Part shown: piece after piece, positions 1-8,199 of the stretch
Position numbering within the stretch: position 1 is the first letter of the stretch
How the letters are laid out: each line of letters begins with the position of its first letter
NCBI GenBank assembly: GCA_017647405.1
Contig: JAGCKR010000041.1
Location: forward strand, 45,218-109,217
Source: Alphaproteobacteria bacterium
Lineage (GTDB): Bacteria > Pseudomonadota > Alphaproteobacteria > CAAHEQ01 > UBA3637
Reading direction: 5' to 3'
Length of the DNA stretch: 64,000 nt
Position numbers and translations under genes: made by a program
Notes under the pieces: model-generated
The model's database searches: none
Seen by the model: the letters and a program-made list of their open reading frames with translations, nothing else
What the model was told of the DNA's origin: nothing

Positions 1-39
1 TAAAAATAATGCTAAAGTTTAACACAAAGGAGTTTAAAA

Positions 40-954
40 ATGGCACTAAATTTAACTAAAACCATAGTAAGTATATTGAAAAATAATCCTAACAAATACT
101 TTACAGCAAGGCAACTGGCAGAATGGATATGGGATAATAAACAAGATGAATGTAAAGCTAAAATGGAGAGAAGTAAAGCAACCGTTATTCCTGTTGATAC
201 TGTTGAGGCGCTAATAAATCAGCTTGTAGCTGAAATTGGTTCACAAAAAAACAATATTTTATCTTTATCATCCAATATTAAAATTACTGCTGAACGTCCA
301 AGAAAATATTATTATTCAGAAAAAAGTGATGCTCAGGAAATTAAAGATGCTGAGAAAGTCTCAAAAACAAATGGACAGCCAGAACATGATTCGTATCCGA
401 AATTATGCGAATATTTGCATAATGAGCTAAATATATATCCCAAAAGAATAGATGAAAAAAAATCTTCAAATTCAAAAGGCAACAATGGGAACAAATGGTT
501 GCATCCGGATATAGTAGGGCTAAAAAATCTTTCAGGTAGTTGGAATGCAGATGTTGTTTCTTGTGCTAGTAAACATGCTTTCAATAAAACATCATTATGG
601 TCATTTGAAGTAAAAATAAAGATTAATTTGTCAAATGTAAGAGAATATTTTTTCCAAACTGTTTCAAATTCAAGTTGGGCTAATTTTTCATATCTTGTAG
701 CTCAAACAATCGATGAAAAAGCCATGGATGAGTTGCGTATTTTATGTAGTGGCCATGATATTGGATTGATTCAATTAGATTGTGAAAACCCATCAGAAAG
801 CCAAATATTAATTCCCGCAACAGAGAAAAAAGAGCTTGACTGGGATATGATTGATAGAATTGTCAAGGAAAATCCTGATTTTAAGGATTTTATTAATTTA
901 ATCACAGAGTTTTATCAAACAGGAAAAATAAAAGATAAAGAATGGGATATTTAA
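40..954 (+). CDS. COG2958/HrgA-like protein: N-terminal winged-helix-like region plus C-terminal PD-(D/E)xK-like core
   Basis: 304-aa ORF. The N-terminus (KYFTARQLAEWIWDNKQDECKAKMERS ... LVAEIGSQ ... RPRKYYY) resembles the HrgA/COG2958 family as I remember it. The C-terminal half has a D ... E-x-K arrangement (LHPDIVGL ... WSFEVKIK) typical of restriction-endonuclease-fold proteins. Confidence 0.5.
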   Translation: MALNLTKTIVSILKNNPNKYFTARQLAEWIWDNKQDECKAKMERSKATVIPVDTVEALINQLVAEIGSQKNNILSLSSNIKITAERPRKYYYSEKSDAQEIKDAEKVSKTNGQPEHDSYPKLCEYLHNELNIYPKRIDEKKSSNSKGNNGNKWLHPDIVGLKNLSGSWNADVVSCASKHAFNKTSLWSFEVKIKINLSNVREYFFQTVSNSSWANFSYLVAQTIDEKAMDELRILCSGHDIGLIQLDCENPSESQILIPATEKKELDWDMIDRIVKENPDFKDFINLITEFYQTGKIKDKEWDI

Positions 955-956
955 CA

Positions 957-1190
957 TTCTTTTTTACATCAAAATCAACTCAAAGTCCCCCCCCTGCTAC
1001 CTCTGGGATAAAATTTTGACATCCCAAGACAGACGCATTGTAAAATAAGGATTTTTTGAAATGTGAGTCCGTGTAGAGCTGAAAAAGAGGTTTTTTGAAA
1101 AACACTGTACACGGACTAGATTAAATACTTGTAAAATAAAGAAAAAGTCGCTAAAAATAGCGACTTATCTGTTTTGGCTGGAGAAGTCTG
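957..1190. repeat. Copy A of a ~230-bp direct repeat (partner at 3226-3440)
   Basis: By-eye alignment with 3226-3440 gives roughly 80-85% identity. Shared blocks: ttttacatcaaa, ctctgggat..gacatcccaag, ggattttttgaaat.tgagtccgtgta.ggctgaaaaa, tttttgaaaaacac.gtacacggac, gtaaaataa, tcgcta...tagcgactta, tgttttggctgg. Three hairpins are conserved in both copies. Confidence 0.8.
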
Positions 1191-1226
1191 GTAATACACG
1201 GACTAAGTTTGATGTTTAAAATAATG

Positions 1227-1739
1227 TTATGAAACTGGGATCTGATGGATTTTTTTTACTGAATAATCTAAGGCTCGTAATCCTAAATGAATATTTTTTA
1301 AATGATCTCTTAGCGAAGAAAAACCCATACTACTATTGGTACAGGCTTCAGTATTTTTATGAGCATATTCATTTCTAAAACGCAATAAACAACCCAATGA
1401 TCCTTTAAATTTAGCATACTGTTCAGGAAATCTCTCTTTTAGTTTTTCTTCTAAGGAAGTCGCATTAAAGACACCTATGGATAAAGAGATACTTTTCATC
1501 ATTTTATCATACTCAAAAGAATATAACTTTTTAATATGCTCTTCCATAATTTTATAATCAGTGATAGGCTTATTTTTAGGATTATAGGAATATATTTCAT
1601 CTAAGCATTCTTCTATCCAACCACAAGTTTCTAACAATGCCATTCGCATTAAAAATAATTTCTTTACTGGATCTTCTGTTTTTAAGAAAAGATCTTCACA
1701 AAATTTTATATTATCATCAACGGATAGTCTATTTAGCAT
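1227..1739 (-). CDS. HEPN-domain protein (R-x4-H motif), partner of the DUF262 gene
   Basis: 170-aa ORF with RFRNEYAHKN near the C-terminus, which is the R-x4-6-H HEPN signature. All-helical-looking sequence. The start overlaps the stop of the upstream DUF262 ORF by 11 nt, suggesting translational coupling. Confidence 0.6.
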   Translation of the reverse strand: MLNRLSVDDNIKFCEDLFLKTEDPVKKLFLMRMALLETCGWIEECLDEIYSYNPKNKPITDYKIMEEHIKKLYSFEYDKMMKSISLSIGVFNATSLEEKLKERFPEQYAKFKGSLGCLLRFRNEYAHKNTEACTNSSMGFSSLRDHLKNIHLGLRALDYSVKKIHQIPVS

Positions 1740-2838
1740 GAAAAATTTCTTTTGATTTATTAAATCGCATTAACGTATTTTCTTTCTGCCATATAGCTCC
1801 AGAAAGACTTTCTGAACTAAACTCTATCGACGTCATAAGTAGATTATACCTAGCTGTCAAAAACGCAGAATCACATCCTATTAAAGACTCTATGTTTTGA
1901 GCAATCCCATATAGTACAGCGTCCATGATAACCTTGGATTTCTTTGTATACTCTATTTGTTTAGCTATTTCTAATGTCTTTATAAAAAGTTCTTTCTTCC
2001 TGTTTACTTCCATATCAGAATCATTCTTATGATCAATCATATACTGATTTAAAAATGTTGTTAAACGACCATTATAATTTTCTAATTGTTCACAAAATGC
2101 AAAAAACATTAAAATACGCTCTTGTCCTTTTAAACGATCATCATTTGCAACTGAAGGCAAAACAATTGCCCAATCAGAAAGTTCATCTAATATTTTTAAT
2201 AGGTTATTAAATCTTCCAAAGTAAATACAATTTCTAATCTCTTGATTGTTAAGTGCAGAACCCGTTGTGTTTAAACGATGAAATATTTTGTATATATACT
2301 CAAGATGTGAATTTCTTTCATAATCACAATACACCGACGTGATTGGAAGCATATTATTTCTTATCCTACTATATAATTCTGGAGTGTTTTTACGTATTTC
2401 TGAAACTTTTTTTCCAGATAATAATGGATCAACATCATTTAAATTAGATAAACGCCAATCTCTTTCAGGATGTTCTGCTTCTTCTAAAAAAGCCACAATA
2501 GTCGCAATACGTTGTTGTCCATCAATTACTTCATATTTTTCATTAGAAACACTTATGCATAAACTTGGTATTGGTAATCTCTTTGATAGGGAATCTAAGA
2601 AGCGCGTCCTATCGGCATTATTCCACACTACTCTACGTTGGTATGATGGTTGGGTATTGAGAGCGTTTTCTGATACCATTCGATATAACTCTGCACATGA
2701 TCGAACTTCATTGGTGCAAAAAATATCTTTAGGAGGCTGTTGTAATGTGTCATCCTCATAGTCGAACGAATCCTCTTTATTTATAGAGGTTTCACATCCG
2801 GAATTTATATATGTTTCAGTTGTATCAGAGGTTATCAT
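1729..2838 (-). CDS. DUF262 (ParB-like nuclease superfamily) protein
   Basis: 369-aa ORF with YQRRVVWNNADRTRFLDSLSKRLPIPSL and YEVIDGQQRIATIVAF. The DGQQR motif is the hallmark of DUF262/GmrSD-N-type domains. Confidence 0.75.
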   Translation of the reverse strand: MITSDTTETYINSGCETSINKEDSFDYEDDTLQQPPKDIFCTNEVRSCAELYRMVSENALNTQPSYQRRVVWNNADRTRFLDSLSKRLPIPSLCISVSNEKYEVIDGQQRIATIVAFLEEAEHPERDWRLSNLNDVDPLLSGKKVSEIRKNTPELYSRIRNNMLPITSVYCDYERNSHLEYIYKIFHRLNTTGSALNNQEIRNCIYFGRFNNLLKILDELSDWAIVLPSVANDDRLKGQERILMFFAFCEQLENYNGRLTTFLNQYMIDHKNDSDMEVNRKKELFIKTLEIAKQIEYTKKSKVIMDAVLYGIAQNIESLIGCDSAFLTARYNLLMTSIEFSSESLSGAIWQKENTLMRFNKSKEIFHAK

Positions 2839-2960
2839 CGTGTATCCTTTTTAAAATCTAATAGCCATCAGTATACCACTAATTTTTAATTTTATCAAGG
2901 CATTTTCTATTGTTTAATAGCACTCTTTTATACAAAAATTTATTAAAAACAAAAGAAGTG

Positions 2961-3230
2961 TCAAAAATAATTATCCACTTTATCAAACTCATCTAAATGA
3001 TTGATAGTAATTTCAGGCCATTGTTTGTAATCTGGGCAAGAAAGCAATTTGTCAAAGGGTTTATTTAGTTCGTACTCCAATGTTTTGCCGTTTAATTTGC
3101 AATCTTTTAACAGTAATTTTAACAATGCACTTTTTTGAGAAGTCGTCGCCATATCAAAAACATGTTTTAAATCACTTGCGATTGAAACAATATTTATAAT
3201 CTTATCCCACTTATAAGAACATCTTTTTAC
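2961..3230 (-). pseudogene. Possible C-terminal fragment of a large serine recombinase, truncated at the repeat boundary
   Basis: The readable part (KWDKIINIVSIASDLKHVFDMATTSQKSALLKLLLKDCKLNGKTLEYELNKPFDKLL) resembles the region after the recombinase domain in large serine recombinases (KR.LL..v.sN..L.g.kL.....kPF..L) as I recall it. The N-terminal 50 codons of the track ORF (2961..3380) run into repeat copy B and look spurious. Confidence 0.35.
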
Positions 3231-3440
3231 ATCAAATTTGAGTCTGAATACATCTGCCTCTCTCTGGGATGATTTTTTGACATCCCAAGTCAGAAGCATT
3301 GAAAACAAAGGATTTTTTGAAATATGAGTCCGTGTAAGGCTGAAAAAAGAGCTTTTTGAAAAACACAGTACACGGACCAATATAGTGATTGTAAAATAAT
3401 AAAAAAATCGCTATTTCTAGCGACTTATTTGTTTTGGCTG
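3226..3440. repeat. Copy B of the ~230-bp direct repeat; abuts and overlaps the 3' end of tRNA-Gln
   Basis: See copy A. The shared sequence ends in tgttttggctgg, whose last 7 nt are the CCA end plus discriminator and first acceptor bases of tRNA-Gln on the minus strand. Confidence 0.8.
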
Positions 3441-3509
3441 GGCTGGCTGGATTCGAACCAACGAATGACGGTATCAAAAACCGTTGCCTTACCACTTGGC
3501 GACAGCCCA
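3435..3509 (-). tRNA. tRNA-Gln (anticodon UUG)
   Basis: Reverse complement reads TGGGCTGTCGCCAAGTGGTAAGGCAACGGTTTTTGATACCGTCATTCGTTGGTTCGAATCCAGCCAGCCCAGCCA. Cloverleaf folds by hand. Anticodon stem ACGGT/ACCGT, loop TTTTGAT. T-loop GGTTCGAATCC. Encoded CCA. Confidence 0.9.
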
Positions 3510-3577
3510 ATTTTTCATTGGCAATAATGCTTATATAACATTTTGTTATAAATTGCAAGTGTTTTTTTCTGTTTTCT

Positions 3578-3606
3578 TAAAAAAAATATTCTAATTCAGA
3601 ATATTT
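3578..3606 (-). terminator. Rho-independent terminator (8-bp stem aatattct/agaatatt, T-run on the minus strand)
   Basis: aaaaaaaatattctaattcagaatattttt is a perfect hairpin flanked by A/T runs, downstream (minus sense) of the tRNA-Arg repeat block. Confidence 0.6.
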
Positions 3607-3620
3607 TTATGTTTTTAAAG

Positions 3621-3940
3621 CACTTGGCGAGATTATTCGCATGCGCTCACCCTAAAGGGCTGTTTCGCCAGGAGGCTCAACATTAACTTCGGCTAACGCC
3701 TTCGTTCCGAACGTCACTTCGTGAGTTCTTCTCCCGCCAATTACAAAAAAAACCACCCTTAAAGATGGTTTTTTATGGCGCACTTGGCGAGATTATTCGC
3801 ATGCGCTCACCCTAAAGGGCTGTTTCGCCAGGAGGCTCAATATTAACTTCGGCTAACGCCTTCGTTCCGAACGTCACTTCGTGAGTTCTTCTCCCGCCAA
3901 TTACAAAAAAAACCACCCTTAAAGATGGTTTTTTATGGCG
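3621..3940. repeat. Two tandem 160-bp units, each reproducing the 3'-terminal segment of tRNA-Arg
   Basis: 3621-3780 and 3781-3940 differ at one position that I can see (caacatt vs caatatt). Each unit starts cacttggcgagatt, identical to the tRNA-Arg 3' region. Unit 2 together with the preceding tggcg gives the full 19-nt tggcgcacttggcgagatt. The units are visibly more GC-rich than their surroundings and each contains a hairpin aaaaaaaaccacccttaaagatggtttttt. Confidence 0.9.
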
Positions 3941-4012
3941 CACTTGGCGAGATTCGAACTCACGACCCTTGCCTTCGGAGGGCAATACTCTATCCAGCTG
4001 AGCTACAAGTGC
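3936..4012 (-). tRNA. tRNA-Arg (anticodon CCG)
   Basis: Reverse complement reads GCACTTGTAGCTCAGCTGGATAGAGTATTGCCCTCCGAAGGCAAGGGTCGTGAGTTCGAATCTCGCCAAGTGCGCCA. Anticodon stem TTGCC/GGCAA, loop CTCCGAA. Encoded CCA. Confidence 0.9.
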
Positions 4013-4069
4013 CGATTTGTTGCCTCTTTTATATCGTATTTTCTTAAAAAAAGCAACAAGTTTCTCTTT

Positions 4070-5335
4070 TTATTGATTCATACTTTCAAAGAACTCATCA
4101 TTCGTTTTTGTTTGCTTTAATTTATCCATTAAAAATTCCATAGAATCTGTTACGCCCATTGGCATTAAAATACGGCGCAAAATCCAAACCTTTGGAAGCT
4201 TATTTTTATCCACAAGTAAATCTTCGTTTCTGGTGCCGGATTTGATAATATCGATAGCTGGGAAGATGCGTTTATCAGATACTTTGCGATCCAAAATGAT
4301 TTCGGAGTTACCTGTTCCTTTAAATTCTTCAAAAATAACTTCATCCATTCTGGAACCTGTTTCAATAAGGGCGGTTCCAAAAATTGTGAGTGAACCACCT
4401 TCTTCAACGTTACGGGCCGCACCGAAAAAGCGTTTTGGCTTTTGAAGAGCATTGGCATCAACACCACCGGTTAAAACTTTTCCAGAACTTGGGATAACAG
4501 TATTATATGCTCTTGAAAGTCTTGTGATTGAATCAAGCAAAATGATAACATCTTTTTTATGCTCAACCAAACGTTTGGCTTTTTCAATAACCATTTCTGC
4601 TACTTGAACGTGGCGGACTGCTGGTTCGTCAAATGTTGAACTAATCACTTCGCCTTTAATGGAACGAATCATATCAGTTACTTCTTCTGGTCGCTCATCA
4701 ATAAGTAAAACAATTAAATGGGCTTCCGGATGATTTTTTTCGATAGAATGAGCGATATTTTTAAGCATAACGGTTTTACCCGTTCTTGGAGGCGCCACAA
4801 TTAAACACCGTTGGCCTTTTCCTTGTGGACAAACAAGATCAATAATTCTTGGTGTCAAGTCTTTTGAGGCTTTCGGATCACCATTACCATATTCCATTAC
4901 AATTGGTTTATCAGGATAAAGCGGTGTTAAATCATCAAAGTTGACGCGATAGCGCAATTCTTCCGGTTCTTGATAGTTGACGGTATTAATTTTTGTAAGT
5001 GAAAAATATTTTTCGCCATTCTTAGGTGCAATAATTTCTCCAATAATGGTGTCTCCCGTTCTTAATCCCCATTTTTTGATATGATGTGGCGCAACATAAA
5101 TATCATCGGGGCCGGCTAAATAATTAGCTTCAGCGGATCGCAAAAAACCAAAGCCGTCCGCCATTACTTCCAAAACTCCTTCACCAATTAAAGAAGCTTC
5201 TGATTCTGAAAGTCTTTTTAAAATGGCATACATTAAGTCTTGCGTTCTTAAGGATGAAGCATTTTCAACCTCTAATTCTTCTGCATAGAGCAATAACTCG
5301 GCAGGAGTTTTTTTCTTTAAATCATTAAGTTGCAT
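4070..5335 (-). CDS. rho: Transcription termination factor Rho
   Basis: 421 aa. N-terminal [40 protein letters not shown] (Rho_N), then GFGFLR cold-shock-like RNA-binding region. Walker A PPRTGKT and [10 protein letters not shown]. Confidence 0.95.
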   Translation of the reverse strand: MQLNDLKKKTPAELLLYAEELEVENASSLRTQDLMYAILKRLSESEASLIGEGVLEVMADGFGFLRSAEANYLAGPDDIYVAPHHIKKWGLRTGDTIIGEIIAPKNGEKYFSLTKINTVNYQEPEELRYRVNFDDLTPLYPDKPIVMEYGNGDPKASKDLTPRIIDLVCPQGKGQRCLIVAPPRTGKTVMLKNIAHSIEKNHPEAHLIVLLIDERPEEVTDMIRSIKGEVISSTFDEPAVRHVQVAEMVIEKAKRLVEHKKDVIILLDSITRLSRAYNTVIPSSGKVLTGGVDANALQKPKRFFGAARNVEEGGSLTIFGTALIETGSRMDEVIFEEFKGTGNSEIILDRKVSDKRIFPAIDIIKSGTRNEDLLVDKNKLPKVWILRRILMPMGVTDSMEFLMDKLKQTKTNDEFFESMNQ

Positions 5336-5533
5336 GTGAACCTTATCTAAAAAAATGGGAAATTAAAAATATAGGATAATTTGAATTGGCATAAAAAGAT
5401 GCGGCCAAACTTCATAGCTTTTATTTTAGCTGAAAAAAGTTTATCTGTCAATGAAATAATTAAAAATAACTGGACTTTAATGCATTTTTATGAGAAACTG
5501 AAAAAACCGACGAAAAAATGAAGGGGTGTTCAA

Positions 5534-6673
5534 ATGGAGCTTTGCGAATATCAAAATAAAAGATTGCTTAGAGAAAATAAGATCCCTGTTTTAAGCGGGG
5601 AGGTGGCTTATACGGTTGAAGAAGCTGTTGAAAAAGCCGAAAAAATAGGTGCAAAAAGTTGGCGTTTGCATGTTCAAGTTCCCAAAGGTGAAAAAATTTT
5701 AAAATATATTCCGGCAATAAAAGGAAGTTTAGATGCTCATTCTTTAAAAGATGTTGAAAAAATTGCCTTAGATTTGTTTCGAACGAAAGTTATAACGGCA
5801 TCAAAACGCGAATATCTTGTTCAACGAATTTATGTTGAAGAGTTATGTCAAATTGAAAAAAGGTTATCATTTTCAATGCGTGTGGATACACAGCGGCAAA
5901 AAATGATTTTTTCTTTTAACAAACAAAAAAATAAACCGCTTGAGTGTGAAATTCCCCTTAAAAAACCAACAGTTTTGTTTTGGTGTCGTATTTTAAAAAT
6001 GTTTGAATTTCAAGGAATGCAAAGCGCTTCTTTGTTGCCGATTTTAAAAAATATGTATGCTTTTTTTATGAAGTATAATGTTGTATCTATTGAATTTGAT
6101 CCTGTTGTTTTAACAAAAGAAGGTAAATGGATTGTTCTTGATAGTCAAATTACGTTTGATGATGAAGCGATGTTTTTGCATCCTGAACTTGCAAAGTTTC
6201 GTGAAATAGCCAAGGGAGAAGAGTCACAAGAACGAGCACGTTTATATAATTTTAGGTATCAGCCATTTGACGGTAATATCGCATGTTTGGTTAATGGTTC
6301 CGGTTTGGGGGCGGCTACACTTGATATGATTGTGGAGCAAGGAGGGCGTCCGGCTTGTTTGTTGGATGTTGGAACGGAGCCGACAAAAGAATCTGTTTTT
6401 CAGGCGTTAAAATTGGCGTTGAGTGAGCCAAATGTTGAAGGAATTTTTGTTAATATTTTTGGTGGGATTACGCGATGTGATGTGATTGCAGATGGGTTAA
6501 TTTCTGCTTCTCAGGAAATATCAGTTGGAATGCCATTGATTGTTCGAATGGATGGAACGAATGCGCAAGTTGGTACCAGGCTTTTGTTTGATTCTCGTTT
6601 GCCGTTAATTGTGATGAAAGATTTTGATGAAGCGGTTAAAACCGTTATTAAACAGGTGGAGGATTTGTTGTGA
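5534..6673 (+). CDS. SucC-like (succinyl-CoA ligase beta-subunit fold) protein with eroded ATP-grasp motifs
   Basis: 379 aa, colinear with SucC: MELCEYQNKRLL vs MNLHEYQAKQLF; LVNGSGLGAATLD and NIFGGITRCD conserved. The VVKxQV lysine and the AGGRGKAGGV glycine loop are replaced (RLHVQVPKGEKILKYIP). Confidence 0.65.
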   Translation: MELCEYQNKRLLRENKIPVLSGEVAYTVEEAVEKAEKIGAKSWRLHVQVPKGEKILKYIPAIKGSLDAHSLKDVEKIALDLFRTKVITASKREYLVQRIYVEELCQIEKRLSFSMRVDTQRQKMIFSFNKQKNKPLECEIPLKKPTVLFWCRILKMFEFQGMQSASLLPILKNMYAFFMKYNVVSIEFDPVVLTKEGKWIVLDSQITFDDEAMFLHPELAKFREIAKGEESQERARLYNFRYQPFDGNIACLVNGSGLGAATLDMIVEQGGRPACLLDVGTEPTKESVFQALKLALSEPNVEGIFVNIFGGITRCDVIADGLISASQEISVGMPLIVRMDGTNAQVGTRLLFDSRLPLIVMKDFDEAVKTVIKQVEDLL

Positions 6674-7560
6674 CAATAAAATTTCCAAACAAAAAAACGC
6701 CGATTTTGTATCAGGGGATTACGGCCAGTTCCGGATCTATGCATGTTGAAAAAGCCATTTTTTGCGGAACGAATGTTGTGGCTGGTGTCAGTAAAGATAA
6801 ATCTGTAACTATGTTTCAAAATATTCCTGTTTTTCAAACGGTTAAAGAGGCAGTGAAGAAAACAAAACCACAAATAAGTGTTATTTTTTCAAGTCCGCAA
6901 AGGGTTCTTCGGGATGTTGAAGAAGCAGCAAAAGCAAGAATTCCTCTGATTATTTGTCCAACGAATCATGTGCCTTATAAGGATGTGCTTGAAATGAAGC
7001 AGTTGGCACTTAAATATAAGGTGGAATTAATTGGGCCGTCGGCCCCTGGACTTGTGACGTCGGAACAATCTGTTGCTGGAACGGTACCGGCTCATTTATT
7101 TCATAAAGGAAATATTGGAATTGTTTCAAGATCCAGTTCATTAACATATGAAACTGTTCAACAGTTGGCAAAATTTAATTTGGGAGTTTCTTCTTGTGCG
7201 GCCATTGGATCGGCATCAATTTTGGGAACGGGTTTTATCCCTATTATTCAGGCATTTTTAAAAGATAATAAAACAAAAGCTATTTTGATTATTGGAAAAG
7301 CAAGTGGCAACTTTGAGTATGAATTGGCTTCTTACTTAAAAAAGAAAAAAAGCCATAAAAAAATTGCTCTTTATATTCCGGGGCGATTTGTTAAAAAAGA
7401 TGAAAAAACATTAACGGTTCAAAATAAGAATAATGAGATTTTATTAAAAGAAAAAGCTCTTGAAAAAGTGGGCGTTTATATTATTCATTCAGCAGGATCG
7501 ATTGGGCAGGAAATGCAAAAGCTTATGGGGTATGATGAGGAAAGAAATGACATTAAATGA
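6670..7560 (+). CDS. SucD-like (succinyl-CoA ligase alpha-subunit fold) protein lacking the phosphohistidine loop
   Basis: 296 aa, colinear with SucD (ILYQGITASSG, IGIVSRSSSLTYETV, GPSAPG). In my hand alignment the MGHAGA catalytic His segment aligns to TLTVQNK. GIGGDP becomes AIGSAS and GEIGG becomes GKASG. 4-nt overlap with the upstream ORF. Confidence 0.65.
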   Translation: MTIKFPNKKTPILYQGITASSGSMHVEKAIFCGTNVVAGVSKDKSVTMFQNIPVFQTVKEAVKKTKPQISVIFSSPQRVLRDVEEAAKARIPLIICPTNHVPYKDVLEMKQLALKYKVELIGPSAPGLVTSEQSVAGTVPAHLFHKGNIGIVSRSSSLTYETVQQLAKFNLGVSSCAAIGSASILGTGFIPIIQAFLKDNKTKAILIIGKASGNFEYELASYLKKKKSHKKIALYIPGRFVKKDEKTLTVQNKNNEILLKEKALEKVGVYIIHSAGSIGQEMQKLMGYDEERNDIK

Positions 7561-8089
7561 AGTTTTAGTCACAAAAATGAGCCATGATTTAGCTGGTTGT
7601 GCTGGTGCTTTAGATAATATGGCGGATCTGATTTTAATGGACGAAACATTTGTAAAAGAAGGGGCCCCCTTGCTAAAAAAAACAACCTTTTCCTTAATTT
7701 CAAGGTTAAAATTTTTTCGTTCTTTATTGGGACTTGAAACAAAAATAGATTTTGATTTAGCGGATAATTATTTAAAAACACTTTCAAATCCTGTTTCATT
7801 AGAAGGTGATGTTTCTAAAAAATTGCATTTGATGTTTGTTTTGTTGGCGGGTGAAATTTTGATTGATGGTGGTTCGTTACAGGTAAATGATGAAGGATTT
7901 GTTTGTATGGGAAAGATTCATGTGTCTGATGAGAAAAAATTTATTTTGCTTAATCGGGTAACGGATTTATCTGTTGAACATGTTTTATGGATTTGGTTGT
8001 CTAAGTGGATGATTGAAAATAAGTTAAAGGCAGATATTTACCATGTGAACGATGTTTTCTCTTTAAGATTTTTGTCTGAAACTTTGTAA
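7547..8089 (+). CDS. chpT: ChpT-type histidine phosphotransferase
   Basis: MTLNEVLVTKMSHDLAGCAGALDNMADLILMD matches the H-box pattern of ChpT-like HPt proteins (sr.CHDL..P.GAi.NG.ELL). I use the ATG at 7547; the track ORF starts at 7460 but its first 29 codons overlap the sucD-like gene. Confidence 0.65.
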   Translation: MTLNEVLVTKMSHDLAGCAGALDNMADLILMDETFVKEGAPLLKKTTFSLISRLKFFRSLLGLETKIDFDLADNYLKTLSNPVSLEGDVSKKLHLMFVLLAGEILIDGGSLQVNDEGFVCMGKIHVSDEKKFILLNRVTDLSVEHVLWIWLSKWMIENKLKADIYHVNDVFSLRFLSETL

Positions 8090-8199
8090 AATGGGCTGAT
8101 TTTAAAATATTTTTACTTGATTTTTTTAAGTTTTTTTGGCATAATTCTCTTCACTATAAACATAGGAAATCATTTTGTTAAAAAGTAAGGAAAAGAAAT

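Noticed and set aside
236-584. Short ORFs 236-430(+) and 333-584(-) inside the first gene, and similar nested ORFs across the window (e.g. 2339-2761, 4165-4467, 8227-8430, 15061-15453, 25345-25951, 51280-51824)
   Set aside because: All are nested in or antisense to longer ORFs with clear family motifs, and they have no independent support.
3621-3940. Could the 160-bp tandem repeats be a CRISPR array or a tRNA gene duplication?
   Set aside because: There are only two units, no short repeat/spacer alternation and no cas genes. The units contain only the last ~19 nt of the tRNA, not a foldable cloverleaf.
3232-4120. Track ORFs 3232-3558(-), 2961-3380(-) N-terminal part, and 3935-4120(+)
   Set aside because: They run through tRNA-Gln, the direct repeat or tRNA-Arg. 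Their translations are tRNA or repeat read-through, not genes.
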